From an uncultured Actinomycetes bacterium (GTDB taxonomy: Bacteria > Actinomycetota > Thermoleophilia > UBA2241), in the NCBI GenBank assembly GCA_963767005.1, contig CAVYCN010000004.1:96001-160000 (forward strand): DNA of 64,000 nt. Direction: 5' to 3'. The position numbers and the translations under genes were made by a program. Positions 63,186 through 64,000 of this stretch are shown in pieces (position 1 is the stretch's first letter; each line of letters starts with the position of its first letter). The notes under the pieces are model-generated. The model did not search any database, was not told the origin of the DNA, and worked only from the letters and a program-made list of their open reading frames with translations.

Positions 63186-64000
63186 TTACGCCAGGTCGCT
63201 CGCCTTCATGTTGACGGGCTCCGGGTTGCCGGCGCCGGTCGCGTAGGTGGCCTTGAAGATGTCCATGAGCATGGGGCTCTCGCGCACGACCTCGAGCGAG
63301 ATCACGGCGTGGTCCTTGGTGTAGCCGTTGCCGATGATCATCGTCGTGTCGGCGCCGATGCCCTCGGCGCCGAGGGCGGCCGACGTGAAGCTCGTCGCCA
63401 TCGAGAAGAAGTACACCAGGCCGTCGTCCTTGGTCGCGAGGATCGACGCCATCTCGGTGTTGGGGATGTCGACGCAGTTGATCGTGAGATCGGCCATCTC
63501 GCCGTTCGTCGCCTTGCTGACCTCGTTGTAGACGAAGAGCTGGTCGGTGGCCGAGCCCTGGATCACGACGTCGGCGAAGCCCGACTTCTCGAGGCGTTTC
63601 TTACCGGCGTCGCCGTGTACCAGGCAGATGACCTTGCCGGTCGGCTTGACGCGCTTCTTGGCCTCGTAGGCGCACAGCAGGCCGCTCTTGCCGCCGGCGC
63701 CGATGATGAACACGGTCTGGCCGGGCTTGCTCAGCTTGGCCGCCTGCGCGGGTGCGCCGGCGACGTCGAGGATGGCGAGCGCCAGCGCCTCGTCCATGTC
63801 CTTCGGGATCTTCGAGTAGATGCCGGTCTCGAAGAGGATCGCCTGGGCCTTGACCTTGACCTGGCAGGTGTCCTTGTTGACCGAGATGACCTCGTCGACC
63901 TTGAGCGGGGTGAGCGACAGCGACACCAGCGTGGCGATGCGATCGCCGACCTTGAGGTCGCGGTCCTTGAGCTTGGGGCCGATCTCCTTGACAGTGCCCA
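63186..64000 (-). CDS. kdd: L-erythro-3,5-diaminohexanoate dehydrogenase (5' end outside the window)
   Basis: IATLVSLSLTPL, LDVAGAPAQ, IGAGGKSGLLC, YFFSMATSF..AALGAEG, IGNGY. Confidence 0.9.
   Translation of the reverse strand, partial: GTVKEIGPKLKDRDLKVGDRIATLVSLSLTPLKVDEVISVNKDTCQVKVKAQAILFETGIYSKIPKDMDEALALAILDVAGAPAQAAKLSKPGQTVFIIGAGGKSGLLCAYEAKKRVKPTGKVICLVHGDAGKKRLEKSGFADVVIQGSATDQLFVYNEVSKATNGEMADLTINCVDIPNTEMASILATKDDGLVYFFSMATSFTSAALGAEGIGADTTMIIGNGYTKDHAVISLEVVRESPMLMDIFKATYATGAGNPEPVNMKASDLA

Overview
Very GC-rich bacterial chromosome segment spanning the replication origin: dnaA-oriC-dnaN-yaaA-recF-dciA-gyrB-gyrA-trpS, with a parS site near 63 kb. The UPF0182 protein, class E-like sortase, leaderless promoters and anaerobic gene content suggest a deep-branching anaerobic actinomycete such as Thermoleophilia; this taxonomy is inference. 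Main finding: a trimethylamine methyltransferase gene (mttB, 49389-50858) split in the ORF track only by an in-frame TAG at codon 328. The context LPSFVAGL-*-ADSK..QAGHEKT is the pyrrolysine site of archaeal MttB, so this is probably a pyrrolysine-recoded gene, even though TAG ends about a third of the other genes here. Left of oriC, a ~17 kb co-oriented cluster joins five non-Pyl MttB paralogues, a corrinoid activase (RACo/RamA-like), a solute-binding protein and three EamA transporters to lysine-fermentation genes (kamA, kat, kce; kdd lies at the right edge). Also seen: a TPP riboswitch with an unusual two-hairpin insertion, a perfect 25-bp intragenic hairpin, a dispersed 59-bp repeat family, a HATPase-wHTH gene between DnaA boxes and dnaA, a small islet at tRNA-Ala, and two single-base frameshifts. 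All calls come from reading motifs by eye; no database searches were run.
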